Shown here in pieces: positions 28,690 through 38,851 of a stretch of DNA of 62,643 bases (position 1 is its first letter; each line of letters begins with the position of its first letter). Source of the stretch: an uncultured Deferribacteres bacterium (GTDB lineage: Bacteria; Zhuqueibacterota; Zhuqueibacteria; Zhuqueibacterales; Geothermadaptataceae); assembly GCA_964014485.1 (NCBI GenBank), contig CAXHAT010000013.1:1-62643 (forward strand). The letters run 5' to 3'. The notes beneath the pieces were generated by a model, which saw only the letters and a program-made list of their open reading frames with translations, did no database searches and had not been told where the DNA came from. The position numbers were made by a program, and so were the translations under genes.

Positions 28690-29586
28690 TTATCACAGAA
28701 GTAAGTTTTCATGATGACGAGTTTGACGCTTATCTAATTGCTAATACCGTAGAAATTCGTAGTGTCGATGATGTCTTGTTGAGCTTTGACAAACAGGTTG
28801 CCGATAGCATGAGTGAGACAGTGCTGCTGATGATTGTTGCTGCTTATCAAAAGGGACAAGACGATGGCTACATTCACGGCGCACGCGACACAAAGGCCAC
28901 GATTCGCAAAGCATTGGGGGTTGATGATGAGTAAGCAACATGTTTTTTCTAGTGACGTTGAGCTTTTAAAGGCGTACAAGCCGACCAAAAGCAAGAGGCG
29001 TTGCGCATTCTGTCGCAACTGCAATTGCCCAAATCGAGTTGTGTCAACATGTTATTTCTTCGATGAGGTGGTTTGTAGAAAGCATAGGAGTGCATTATAC
29101 AGACTCTCTGACATTCGCCTTCCAGCAACCAAAAAATGGTTTGTGCAGTCCACGGGGTATCTTGAGCGTGGGGAGTTCGATACTTGGGATACGCAGGAAA
29201 GTTTATTGGAGATGACGCGATGACACTATCAACTGACTATTGTCCATATTGTGACAAAGAAATTGGCGGACTGCCTCCTTTCGAGCGAAATAAATGTTAT
29301 TACAACTGTGAGGGGCAGATGAAACAGTGGCGTGCTCACAGGGCAAAGCTTTGGTTGCAACAAAACGCACCAGACTATGTTGCGGATTACATCAACTCAC
29401 TTGTTCATCCATCAAGGCTAGAAATCGCACATGTTGCTGTAAACAAAATGTGGGATGAAGCGGATTTTGAGTTTCGTTCTTATTTGGCCAATAGGTATCC
29501 AAGTGTTTTGGTGGAGGGTGGGCTTGATTTAAAAAAGTTGGATTTATTGGAAACGTAGTAACAAAGTAAAGGTGAGGGTGTGTTGT

Positions 29587-30189
29587 ATGTTGAAAGCGAT
29601 AGAAACGCAGTACAACGGGCGGTTGTTCCGTTCCCGATTAGAGGCCAGATGGGCGGTATTCTTTGACAGTTTAGGTGTCAATTATGAATATGAGCATGAT
29701 GGTTTTGAGCTAGCACATGGCGATTGGTATCTACCAGATTTTTGGATACCAATTAGCGATTTCTACATTGAAATTAAGCCAAAGGGTTACAAAGAATTAG
29801 ACCTTGATGGTTATGTAGATACGCTAATCAAAAACGCCAAAATGGTTGGCTCTCAGCAAAGCGAATTTGCCCTACGTTCCAGCTTTGTGCTATTTGGCAA
29901 CCCGTGGCCGGAAGAGTATGAGTTGGTCGGGTATATCAAGGGTGACCCAATTGATGATGCCCAATTTGTCCGCAAGCTCATCTTTGCAGAGTGTCGCCGT
30001 TGCGATGGTCTATGCTATTACATTGTCGATAATGAGGCCAACGAGCTTGGCTGGGGAAACATCGGTAATCATACATGTGACGACCATGATCGCTGGCCAC
30101 TTTTGGAAGGTAGCCAAATTCAGGCAGCATACAAAGCCGCTCGTTCAGCACGGTTTGAACACGGTTACAGCGGGGGTGCATTGCTATGA
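29587..30189 (+). CDS. PD-(D/E)xK nuclease-family protein
   Basis: YNGRLFRSRLEARWA, YLPDF, YIEIKP. Confidence 0.85.
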   Translation: MLKAIETQYNGRLFRSRLEARWAVFFDSLGVNYEYEHDGFELAHGDWYLPDFWIPISDFYIEIKPKGYKELDLDGYVDTLIKNAKMVGSQQSEFALRSSFVLFGNPWPEEYELVGYIKGDPIDDAQFVRKLIFAECRRCDGLCYYIVDNEANELGWGNIGNHTCDDHDRWPLLEGSQIQAAYKAARSARFEHGYSGGALL

Positions 30190-31166
30190 TGCTCCCGCAA
30201 GAATTAGAACGCTTTGCAGGATTGCCAGACTTGCAGTTTAGAGGCAATGGCGAATGGAGTTCCGCTTGCCCAGTATGCGGCGGTGGAGGTAAACGGTACG
30301 ACCACTCAGACCGCTTCCGTATTTTTGCAGCTAGTGGCGGTCACAATGCGCGTGTTTGGTGTCGGCAGTGCAATTATTTCTCTTGGGCTAATAACGACAC
30401 AGATTCCCGCCCGTCACCCGAACAGATAGCCAAGGCCCAGCAGATACAGCAATCGTACCTAGAGGCTGAAAACAAGCGTCTCAGAGCGCGTATAAGCCAG
30501 CTAAAGGAAACGGCATACTGGAAAGGCTATCACGACGCCATGAAAGAACAGCACAGGGCATTGTGGCGACAAGCTGGCATCCCTAACGAGTTCCAAGATT
30601 ATTGGGAATTGGGCTTTATGCCTGAGTATCGAGGGCGGGTTGGCGATAAAGAATTTACGTCACCGGCCATGACAATCCCATATTTTGAGCCAGGGCGGCA
30701 ACCGTCAAACGTTCAATACAGGCTGACCAATCCGCCTAAACCAAATGATAAGTACAGGTTCACGAAAGGGCTTAAACCTAGCCTGTGGTTAGCCGACCCC
30801 GACCAGCCCCCCAAAGGCGAGTGCTTGCTTGTTGAGGGCATGAAAAAGGCGGGCGTTTGCTTTGTGGAATTGGTGGCCAAGGCTAATCAAAATCTATCGG
30901 TAGTTGCGGTACCAAGCAAGACGCCAAGCGAAGCGATGGTGAACGGGCTAAAGGATTGCGAGGTGGTTTACGTGGCATTAGACCCTGATGCTTACACCAA
31001 AGAAAAAAAGCAGCAACAAACAGCAGCGGCAAGGGTTGGCGAAATGCTAGGGAATAGGGCGCGATATGTTCATCTACCAGCGAAGGCAGATGATTTATTT
31101 GTTGATTATGGTTTTACGGCTGGGATGTTTGGCAACTACATTCGACAGTCAACGGTAACGGCGTAG
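30186..31166 (+). CDS. Primase (zinc-binding plus TOPRIM domain)
   Basis: CPVCGG...DRF...WCRQC; LVEGMKKA; ALDPD. Confidence 0.85.
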   Translation: MMLPQELERFAGLPDLQFRGNGEWSSACPVCGGGGKRYDHSDRFRIFAASGGHNARVWCRQCNYFSWANNDTDSRPSPEQIAKAQQIQQSYLEAENKRLRARISQLKETAYWKGYHDAMKEQHRALWRQAGIPNEFQDYWELGFMPEYRGRVGDKEFTSPAMTIPYFEPGRQPSNVQYRLTNPPKPNDKYRFTKGLKPSLWLADPDQPPKGECLLVEGMKKAGVCFVELVAKANQNLSVVAVPSKTPSEAMVNGLKDCEVVYVALDPDAYTKEKKQQQTAAARVGEMLGNRARYVHLPAKADDLFVDYGFTAGMFGNYIRQSTVTA

Positions 31167-31170
31167 GAGC

Positions 31171-31926
31171 ATGAATTACCCTCAGATTAACTACCTAACT
31201 GACACAGTTATGAAGCGCGTGAAACCGAACACTTTCAAGGTGATTATGTGCGTTGCGCGTGCCACGTGGGGCTGGAAAAAAGAGTGTGAAAAAATCAGCT
31301 TCAACGACTTCACAAACGCCACTGGTATTGTTGGTCGTAGCACGCTCAATAACGCCTTGAAAGACGCACTAAACAGTGGTTATGTGGTTCGCAGAGACGA
31401 GGGTAATTCCTTTTGTTACGCCATGATTGATGTTGATTTCTCAGAAGAAAACGGTACGGAAACAGAACCAAAACCAGTACGGAAACAGAACCGAAATGGT
31501 ACTGAAACAGTACTGGGGGAAGATCGAAATGGTACGGAAACCGTACCAGAGCGGTACGGAAATCGTACCAAAAACGGTACGGAAATCGTACCAAATCAGG
31601 GGGGTATTAAAGAAAAAGAAACTATTACAGAAAGCGACGACGATGGTCACGATTTGAGTTTTGCTGATGCCGCAGCCGCCTATGAGGACAACATTGGAAT
31701 GCTGTCAAAGATTTTAGCCGATGACATTGAGGATGCAGTGAATGAATTTGGAGCAAGTTGGGTGATTGAGGCCATTGGGGTTGCTGTTAAGGCTAATGTC
31801 AGGCGATGGAATTATATTTACGCTGTTTTGAAACGCTGGAAAACTGAGGGTAGAAAAGGCAGGCCGGAAGCGTCTCAAGCAGACCGTGTAATGGTGGCGA
31901 ATGCAGACGGGAGTTTTTACGGATGA
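31171..31926 (+). CDS. Replication initiator (lambda O-like N-terminus, DnaD-like C-terminus)
   Basis: ARATWGWKK...ISF; YEDNIG...WNYIYAVLKRW; internal iterons. Confidence 0.85.
   Translation: MNYPQINYLTDTVMKRVKPNTFKVIMCVARATWGWKKECEKISFNDFTNATGIVGRSTLNNALKDALNSGYVVRRDEGNSFCYAMIDVDFSEENGTETEPKPVRKQNRNGTETVLGEDRNGTETVPERYGNRTKNGTEIVPNQGGIKEKETITESDDDGHDLSFADAAAAYEDNIGMLSKILADDIEDAVNEFGASWVIEAIGVAVKANVRRWNYIYAVLKRWKTEGRKGRPEASQADRVMVANADGSFYG
31453..31592. repeat. Six 17-bp iterons, probable replication origin
   Basis: Consensus GGTACGGAAAYNGWACC at 31453, 31476, 31498, 31531, 31553, 31576. Confidence 0.85.
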
Positions 31927-32936
31927 CAACCTACGAAGAATTGCGCAAAACAACAAACACGCCACCCGAAACCGGAACAAAGGCAATACAGCATTTGCGA
32001 AATATTCAAGCGAATGTGCATCGCTCAATGCCACTGCCGATTGAGGGAATAGGGTTTGGTGCCTACTTTGCTGACCTCAACCCCGGTCAAACATGTGCTG
32101 TAATTGCTCAAACCCACAACTACAAAACGGGTTTCATGGAAATGTGGGAAAAGGGATTGGCCCGTCATTTGCAAACCCAAGGGCGTACTGATGAAATCAT
32201 TGTTCGTGTTGACGTTGAAAACACAATCGAAGAATTGGGCATGATGGAAATCAGCCGCTTAAGCGACCACAGTATGGCAGATTTGGCACGCGGCAATATT
32301 CGGGACTGGACTAAGGTTATCCATGCAGCAGGAAAAATATCTGAGTTAAACATTTATCGGATTGCTGACCCGTTGGGCGATGACACAGCACCGGAACTTT
32401 ATCTGAGCAACATATACCGCGCAACCAAGTTTATCAAGGATGGTAGACTGACAGGCGAACCGCTTAAGATAGCCGCGATGTTTATCGACTATCTTCAAGC
32501 GTTGCCGTTCGACCCTGAAGTCAAAAAGCACAAAAACTTAGATGACCAGCGACGGCTGCAAGTTCGGCGCGATGTGTATCGAATTAATCAAATGGCAAAG
32601 CACTTTGCTTGTCCAATTGTTTATGGTGTTCAGGCAAAGCAGGAGTTGAAAGGTATGCTTGGGCCAAACATGTTGACACCTGGTATTTATGACGGGGAAG
32701 AAACGTCGTCAATTGGGCAGCGTGTTCATCGCGCTATATCGCTCTGGATGCCAAAGACAACTCATTCGGTAGGGCAAGCATTAGTTCACAATGGTGTTGA
32801 CTTTGAGGTGTCAGAAGACTTGATTTGGGTGCGGATTCCTAAACAGCGTGGCGGATTACCTTCCGGCAAAATCTGGCCTTGTCGAATTGACTTCAAGACA
32901 AATACATTGCGGATAACCCGCAATCTAACCCCCTAG
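31923..32936 (+). CDS. DnaB-like replicative helicase
   Basis: Variant Walker A AQTHNYKT, IDYLQ, GVQAKQ, KQRGG; follows initiator. Confidence 0.75.
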   Translation: MTTYEELRKTTNTPPETGTKAIQHLRNIQANVHRSMPLPIEGIGFGAYFADLNPGQTCAVIAQTHNYKTGFMEMWEKGLARHLQTQGRTDEIIVRVDVENTIEELGMMEISRLSDHSMADLARGNIRDWTKVIHAAGKISELNIYRIADPLGDDTAPELYLSNIYRATKFIKDGRLTGEPLKIAAMFIDYLQALPFDPEVKKHKNLDDQRRLQVRRDVYRINQMAKHFACPIVYGVQAKQELKGMLGPNMLTPGIYDGEETSSIGQRVHRAISLWMPKTTHSVGQALVHNGVDFEVSEDLIWVRIPKQRGGLPSGKIWPCRIDFKTNTLRITRNLTP

Positions 32937-33028
32937 CCCAACCCCAAGCGCGGGTTTCTCTACAAGGATGATTGCATGAACAAGCTAAAGAAATGTGAAG
33001 TGTGCGGTTTAGATAGCGTGTTTTTTAG

Positions 33029-33511
33029 ATGCCAAGATTGCAAGAAGTGCGATTCTTGCGGCGCAAGCGTTCCATGATTGGCGATATTGAGATTGTGGCA
33101 ATTCCGCATTATCAAACAAATCTATTGGGCGAATCCGACACCAGTCTACCAACTCAACTAGACGCATTTTTGCAGGACAAGCTTGGCGACAAGCTGACCA
33201 AAAACGGCAGTAAGTACAAGAGCTTCAGCTATGGCAAATACAAGGTTGATTTATTTCTTGCAACACCTGCCAACTTTGGCAACATTTACACGATTCGTAC
33301 AGGCAGCCGCGATTTTAGCGCGTGGTTGATGACATCTAAATTTAAAGGCGGTGCTATGCCTATGGGTATGCGACAGAAAGATGGGTTTTTGTGGAAAGGT
33401 GATGAGCGGATTGATTGTCCCGATGAAAACGATTTGTTTGAGGCTATTGATGTACCGTTTGTTGCTGTGGATATGCGGGACGATGGGAAGTGGCGTGAGG
33501 TGGCGGTATGA
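33029..33511 (+). CDS. DNA polymerase X/beta-like nucleotidyltransferase, 5'-truncated
   Basis: LRRKR...GDIEIVAIP, KVDLF, IRTGSRDF, EN.LF. Confidence 0.75.
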   Translation: MPRLQEVRFLRRKRSMIGDIEIVAIPHYQTNLLGESDTSLPTQLDAFLQDKLGDKLTKNGSKYKSFSYGKYKVDLFLATPANFGNIYTIRTGSRDFSAWLMTSKFKGGAMPMGMRQKDGFLWKGDERIDCPDENDLFEAIDVPFVAVDMRDDGKWREVAV

Positions 33512-33939
33512 AAAACATGAGCTTTTTCCTAACAACACACCAGATGAAGAAGCGCACAAAAACTGTAACCCGGCGATTAGGTTGGGGCAGTTTGGAAGTT
33601 GGTAATTATGTCATGGCCTGTGTTAAGTGTCAGGGCTTGGGTTCGGGTGGAAAAATTGAGCGTATTTGGCCGTTGAAAATAACAGGTATTGGGCGAGAGC
33701 CATTGAACACAATAACACACGCCGGGTGTGTCAAGGAGGGCTTCTCTGAAATGTCACCAAGGCAGTTTGTGGATATGTTTTGTAAACACAACAAGTGTAC
33801 ACGTGAACACCTTGTCAATGTTATAGAGTTTGAGTTTTCCAGCTTGCTTGATAGTGGTGCAACTGGTGCTATGTCTGATGCTCAGTGGTATTGGTGGATG
33901 CAACAGCGTGATATTTTGTTAGAGAATCCGGGACATTAG
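33508..33939 (+). CDS. ASCH-domain protein
   Basis: MSFFLT...KTVTRRLGW...EGF...VNVIEF. Confidence 0.8.
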   Translation: MKNMSFFLTTHQMKKRTKTVTRRLGWGSLEVGNYVMACVKCQGLGSGGKIERIWPLKITGIGREPLNTITHAGCVKEGFSEMSPRQFVDMFCKHNKCTREHLVNVIEFEFSSLLDSGATGAMSDAQWYWWMQQRDILLENPGH

Positions 33940-33942
33940 ACA

Positions 33943-35508
33943 ATGACTAAAACCCTTCGCACATGGCAGCAAACCGCCTTTTCTCGCTACTGGCAGGCGA
34001 AACTTAGAATTTTTGTCATCGAAGCTGTAATGGGTGCTGGCAAAACTTTTCTTGCCGCTTACCTGTTGCACCAGCGACGTTTGCAACGCCTGTCCAAGCG
34101 GCTCGTCGTTGTCACCCCCACACGCCACTTAAAGCGGCAATGGGCCAAAACATTAGCGCAGTTCGGGCTACATCTCGATCATGAGTATGACACGAGCCAA
34201 ACGTATGAAGGACGCGACTATCACGGCATCATTACAACCTATGCACAGGTGGCTAAAAACTGGCGATGTTTTCAGCAGCAATGCCAGTGGGTTGATACCG
34301 ATGTGGTATTAGATGAGGTTCATCATTGCGGTGATACCAAAGCTTGGGGGGATGCCATTGTAGACGCGTTTGGCAAAGCAGCTTTTGTTATGCCACTTAC
34401 AGGCACGCCAATTCGCAGCGATAACAACCCAATACCGTTTCTCACATACAGAGACGGGGTGATGGTGCCAGATTATGCCTATACCTACGCAGATGGTCTC
34501 AGAGATGGCGTTGTGCGCCCCGTGGCGTTTATCCCTTATGGCGGCGATTTAAGCTGGTCTGAGGGCGGTGTAGAGTTTCACGGAAGTATCGACCGTTATA
34601 AGTCAGCTAAATTTGCCCAGCGTTGTTTAAGTGTGGCTTTAGACGTGAATAGCGGCTGGCTTGACACGATGATTCGGGATGCTGATTTGCTACTGGACAA
34701 AATTAGACGCGAGCAACTACCGAACGCTGGTGGCTTGATTGTGACGAAGAGTATAGAGCATTGCAAAGAGGTGGCGCGGGTGGTGGAGCGCGTTACGGGT
34801 GTCAAGTCAGCCATCGTAGTCAGTGATAGCAAAACATCAACGACGACGATAAAGGCGTTTGAGCATAGCCGTGATAAGTGGCTGGTTGCCGTGAAAAAAG
34901 TGTCTGAGGGTGTAGATATTCCACGTTTGCGGGTAGGTGTCTTTGCCACGAACACGCTAACAGAAATGTATTTTCGCCAGTGGTTTGGGCGGTTTGTGCG
35001 TACCAAGTATGGCAATGAGCCAAGTTACTGCTTCATTCCCGCTGACCCGCGTTTGTTGAAAATGGCACGGGCGGCTGAAGAGGAGCGGCGGCATGTTTTA
35101 CGTGATGAATTGTTGACCATGCCGGGGAATGGTGCGTTGGAGCGCGATTTCTTTGGGGCGCATGTTACGGCAATCGGGTCGGTTAATAGTGGGTTTGAGA
35201 TGGCCATTGTAAACGGCAACTCGATTCAAATGGGGTTGTTCGGAACGCCCGCGAATATCGGCGGGTTGGCTGATACCGTTCAGAGTATTGTTGGCAGCGG
35301 TGTGGCTGAGATGACTATGACGGAGACGCGCAAGGGTTTGCGCACTGATATTACAAGAGCCGTGAATAGGCTGGCTCGCAAGCGGCGCTGTGAGCAGCGT
35401 GAGGTGTGGGCGATGATTAATAGGATGCAAGGTGTCAAGCAAGCAAATTGCACGCTGGCACAGCTACAAGAACGGCGTGAGATTTTGGCACGATGGGAGA
35501 GTGGTTGA
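33943..35508 (+). CDS. Superfamily 2 helicase (ResIII-like)
   Basis: LRTWQ, GAGKT, DEVHH, TGTP, SEGVDIP, QWFGRFVR. Confidence 0.92.
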   Translation: MTKTLRTWQQTAFSRYWQAKLRIFVIEAVMGAGKTFLAAYLLHQRRLQRLSKRLVVVTPTRHLKRQWAKTLAQFGLHLDHEYDTSQTYEGRDYHGIITTYAQVAKNWRCFQQQCQWVDTDVVLDEVHHCGDTKAWGDAIVDAFGKAAFVMPLTGTPIRSDNNPIPFLTYRDGVMVPDYAYTYADGLRDGVVRPVAFIPYGGDLSWSEGGVEFHGSIDRYKSAKFAQRCLSVALDVNSGWLDTMIRDADLLLDKIRREQLPNAGGLIVTKSIEHCKEVARVVERVTGVKSAIVVSDSKTSTTTIKAFEHSRDKWLVAVKKVSEGVDIPRLRVGVFATNTLTEMYFRQWFGRFVRTKYGNEPSYCFIPADPRLLKMARAAEEERRHVLRDELLTMPGNGALERDFFGAHVTAIGSVNSGFEMAIVNGNSIQMGLFGTPANIGGLADTVQSIVGSGVAEMTMTETRKGLRTDITRAVNRLARKRRCEQREVWAMINRMQGVKQANCTLAQLQERREILARWESG

Positions 35509-35787
35509 TGTTTTATCGAATCAAGGAATTGGAGTGGGAATTGTTGGTTGGGAACTCGGCTGCGCTTTTTCGATGCTTGACTCCCTCATGTTCGTATTAT
35601 ATTTACAAAATTGATGGCGAGTTTGAGCTTTCTGTTTCTACACTACGTGCCAAAACGGATATTGAGGCTGAGTCCGTCGAAGATGCCAAACAAAAAGCAC
35701 GGGAGCATTATTTGGAGTTGATTGGGGCAAAGGAGGTTGTTGGCATAACTGTCTGCAATGGCGAAATTGAAGAAATCGAGGTGGATG

Positions 35788-36027
35788 ATGAACTGGATTA
35801 GTGTTGAGGACAGGTTGCCAGAGGTTGAGGAGACAAGCCGAACAATATGGATGTCTGCTCAGGTTCTGACTGCATTCTGGAATGGAGAGTACTGGGAGTT
35901 TGGATTGAACCGATTGCGCAGTTTTACAAAATCGGGGCGCGTTCGTTGGTACGGGGATAAAGAGCCTCAATATTGGGCAGAGATTGCACCACCGCCTGAT
36001 AGTGTTGAGATCTATGAGTACGAATAA
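35788..36027 (+). CDS. DUF551-like protein
   Basis: WISVEDRLPE...YWAEI.PPP. Confidence 0.75.
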   Translation: MNWISVEDRLPEVEETSRTIWMSAQVLTAFWNGEYWEFGLNRLRSFTKSGRVRWYGDKEPQYWAEIAPPPDSVEIYEYE

Positions 36028-36041
36028 ATGGGAGTAATGGT

Positions 36042-36536
36042 ATGGCTAGATATAACAGTATTGAAGATTTACCAGCACATCACAGAAAACAAGCGGCGGA
36101 ACAGATGAGGCAGTCGTCTGCGAGGATTGGTATTGCTGATGGTGCTGATTTGGGCGTGGTGCCACACGAACATGATGAGCAATCTGCGCTTATGCAATGG
36201 GCTGATGTTTGGGCTTGGGAATATCCAGAGCTAGGGTTGCTCTATGCCAATGCTAATGGCGGTTATAGACCCGATAAGACGGCACGGGCGATGAAGCGCG
36301 AGGGGTTGAAGGCGGGGGTACCTGATTTATTTTTGCCAGTGCCTAGAAATGGTAAGCATGGCTTTTATATCGAGATGAAACGAGCGAACAGGAAAAACCA
36401 TGCAACACCACAGCAGCAAAGGTGGATTAGGGTGCTACAGGATTATGGTTATCGCTGCGAGGTCTGCTATGGCTTTGAGGAAGCCAAGGTTTCTTTGTGT
36501 GATTATTTGGGTATTGATTTAGAGGATATAACCTGA
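36042..36536 (+). CDS. VRR-NUC nuclease (resolvase-like)
   Basis: EHDEQ, NGG.R, GLKAGVPDL, IEMK, Q..W. Confidence 0.9.
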   Translation: MARYNSIEDLPAHHRKQAAEQMRQSSARIGIADGADLGVVPHEHDEQSALMQWADVWAWEYPELGLLYANANGGYRPDKTARAMKREGLKAGVPDLFLPVPRNGKHGFYIEMKRANRKNHATPQQQRWIRVLQDYGYRCEVCYGFEEAKVSLCDYLGIDLEDIT

Positions 36537-36836
36537 TGATATTCCTCAATCTAGCTGTTGCCTTTGTTCATCGAGAATATCACACTGTTCGCTTCGGTTT
36601 GAATGATGCAAGTGTAGTGGCGTTGATGAGTGATTACGAAGTCAGTGTATTGCGGGGAGCATTGGAGTTAGTCGATGAAAACAAAAGCAGAAAGAAGAAT
36701 CGCAAGAGGAAAGAAGCCGTTTCCAGCGCGGGTGGTGTGTCGTGAATGCCCCGCATATGTGACACTGTTCTCAAAAAACGGATTGTGTAATAAATGCTTT
36801 GGTAGATTTATTTTGGGATTAAAAAAGTGAAAGTAG

Positions 36837-37556
36837 ATGATTAATAATGATTTTGATATCGGCGGCTTAAACATAATGCCAAAAGGCGTTTGGAATGATG
36901 AGATGATTCATGAATGGGCTAGCAAGTATGTTGACCCATTCGACCCTGAGATGGTAGAAAGCGGCTCTTTGGATTTGCGGTTGTCAAATTTAATACGGCT
37001 GCCCAATCCGTATTGGTTTGATTGGTTCGAGAAAATGAATGTTGTTTTTGGAAGAATGAAATGGCAAGGAGAACGAACCGTCAATATATTACGTAGCAGC
37101 TTAGAGAGTCATCCAATTTGGCAAAAGCCGCAAGAATTCGATTGGCACATCCTTTGGCCAGGCGAATTTGTCTTGCTCTCATCCATTGAAAAAATGGAAC
37201 TACTCCCACACATGACAGGGTTGCTTGTCTTGAAATCAACCCCCGGACGACTTGGACTGAACCACTCGCATAGCGGACATGGCGACCCCGGCTTTGGCTA
37301 CGGCGATCCGTCCTCATGGACATTCGAGGTGAAAAACATCGGACATGCGCCGTACATTTTAAAGGCTGGCAAGTCCATTATTCAATTGCGGATTGATACA
37401 ATGGCGGAGGTGCCAGCGATTAACTATGCTGAGAAGGCAGAGAACTACAATGGGCAGATTATGCCAACAGGGGCGCGGGTGGCATCACTAACGGATGACA
37501 GCAGCAAAACTCATACGTTTGATTCACCAACACAGGTCAAGGCGATAACAGAATGA
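36837..37556 (+). CDS. dcd: dCTP deaminase/dUTPase-family protein
   Basis: SLDLRL, PGEFVL, KSTPGRLGL, DPGF, TFEVKN, IIQL, YNGQ. Confidence 0.85.
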   Translation: MINNDFDIGGLNIMPKGVWNDEMIHEWASKYVDPFDPEMVESGSLDLRLSNLIRLPNPYWFDWFEKMNVVFGRMKWQGERTVNILRSSLESHPIWQKPQEFDWHILWPGEFVLLSSIEKMELLPHMTGLLVLKSTPGRLGLNHSHSGHGDPGFGYGDPSSWTFEVKNIGHAPYILKAGKSIIQLRIDTMAEVPAINYAEKAENYNGQIMPTGARVASLTDDSSKTHTFDSPTQVKAITE

Positions 37557-37758
37557 TGATTACCAAAACAGCGTACAGCAAACCATCATACCGCGAAGGC
37601 CAGAAGGTGTTCACTGTTTTGACCAGTGACATAGATACCAGCTACAAGGTGAGTGACGTTATTTCTGTTGTTGACACGGCGGGGAGTGAGATGGCACGCT
37701 GGCTGGTGTTACGAGTTGACGACAAGGTTGTTGAATCGGTTGTGAGCTGGGTTTGGGG

Positions 37759-37962
37759 TTAGTCGGGGGGTGGTTCAACCCCTCTTCTCTTCAGTTCTTT
37801 CTCGATGCAGTAGCGGATAAAGGCAGAGCGATCAGGGAATTCCTTGGTGTTTCCTATTTCATTGATTGCGTTACGCATCCAAGTTGAAACCCGAAGGGGC
37901 ATAGGGTGGCGTATGCCGTGTGGTAATCGGGGTCTGCCCGATGGTTTTTCTTTGTTGGTCAT
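37759..37962 (-). CDS. Ribbon-helix-helix regulator
   Basis: GRPRLP...MPLRVS...DRSAFIRYCIEKEL. Confidence 0.8.
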   Translation of the reverse strand: MTNKEKPSGRPRLPHGIRHPMPLRVSTWMRNAINEIGNTKEFPDRSAFIRYCIEKELKRRGVEPPPD

Positions 37963-38024
37963 CGGAATCTTATATTACAGTAATACGAATTTTAAAACAA
38001 TGAGCAAATTAGTACTTTTTTCGC

Positions 38025-38191
38025 TTGACTTTCGAGTCTTACCGTAATACTATAAACACAGGCGTTCTATCAACATCATCGCAACAAGCATCGTAGCTAA
38101 CATCATCGTATCGGTAAAGAGACAATTTGATAGAACAACGGCAAGAAGCCCCGACGATAGGACGCCTCCAATCACGGGGTTTTTTGTTTTT
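38025..38191 (+). promoter_or_regulatory. Promoter, structured leader and intrinsic terminator
   Basis: TTGACT-17-TACTAT; TATTACAGTAATA palindrome upstream; AAGCCCCG/CGGGGTTT plus T-run. Confidence 0.75.
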
Positions 38192-38851
38192 GCGGAATGA
38201 AAAATATGTTATTCAGGCGCGAAATATATCCTTGTGAATGCGGCGATCCATCACACGCAGTTCTCGTTGTGGTGGATGACGATCCAACTCCGTTTATATC
38301 TCTTAGCATTGTCCACCATTGGAAGGAGCGTTCATTGTGGCAGCGTGTGAAAATGGCGTGGTATGCTTTGACGCTAAACGAGCATGTATGGTCCGAGGTA
38401 CACATTGATGTGGCGCATCAAGAGCGATTTATCAATTTTGTTAGCAGCTTGAAAAACAACGAATCTGGTGATTGCCAGACAACAATCTAGCAATAAAAAC
38501 GCCCCGCCTGTGAGGATTGGTAGTCAGTACAGGCGAGGCTAATGCCATCGGAGACGGCACGAGTAGTATATTGATTGCTGTTTCCGATGGCAAGGAGACG
38601 GTATGAGCAAGAAGGTGGTTTGGGTAGAAGTATTAGGGGCTGGTTGGGTCGCAAAGGATACATCAATACAACTTGATACAAATGCGGTTGATGCGTTTCT
38701 TGAATATAAGGGGGGTGACATTGTTGATAATCGCTTCGATATAGCGCACGATGCTGCCGGACATCCGTATGACCCCATCAAGGAGGTTAGCATCATCACG
38801 CTGATTGATGATTGGCGAGGCAAGAACGGAGTGTAAAATCGAGGATTTTTT

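Noticed and set aside
36837..37556. DNA base-hypermodification pathway
   Set aside because: Lone dcd-like gene with no accompanying modification enzymes recognised
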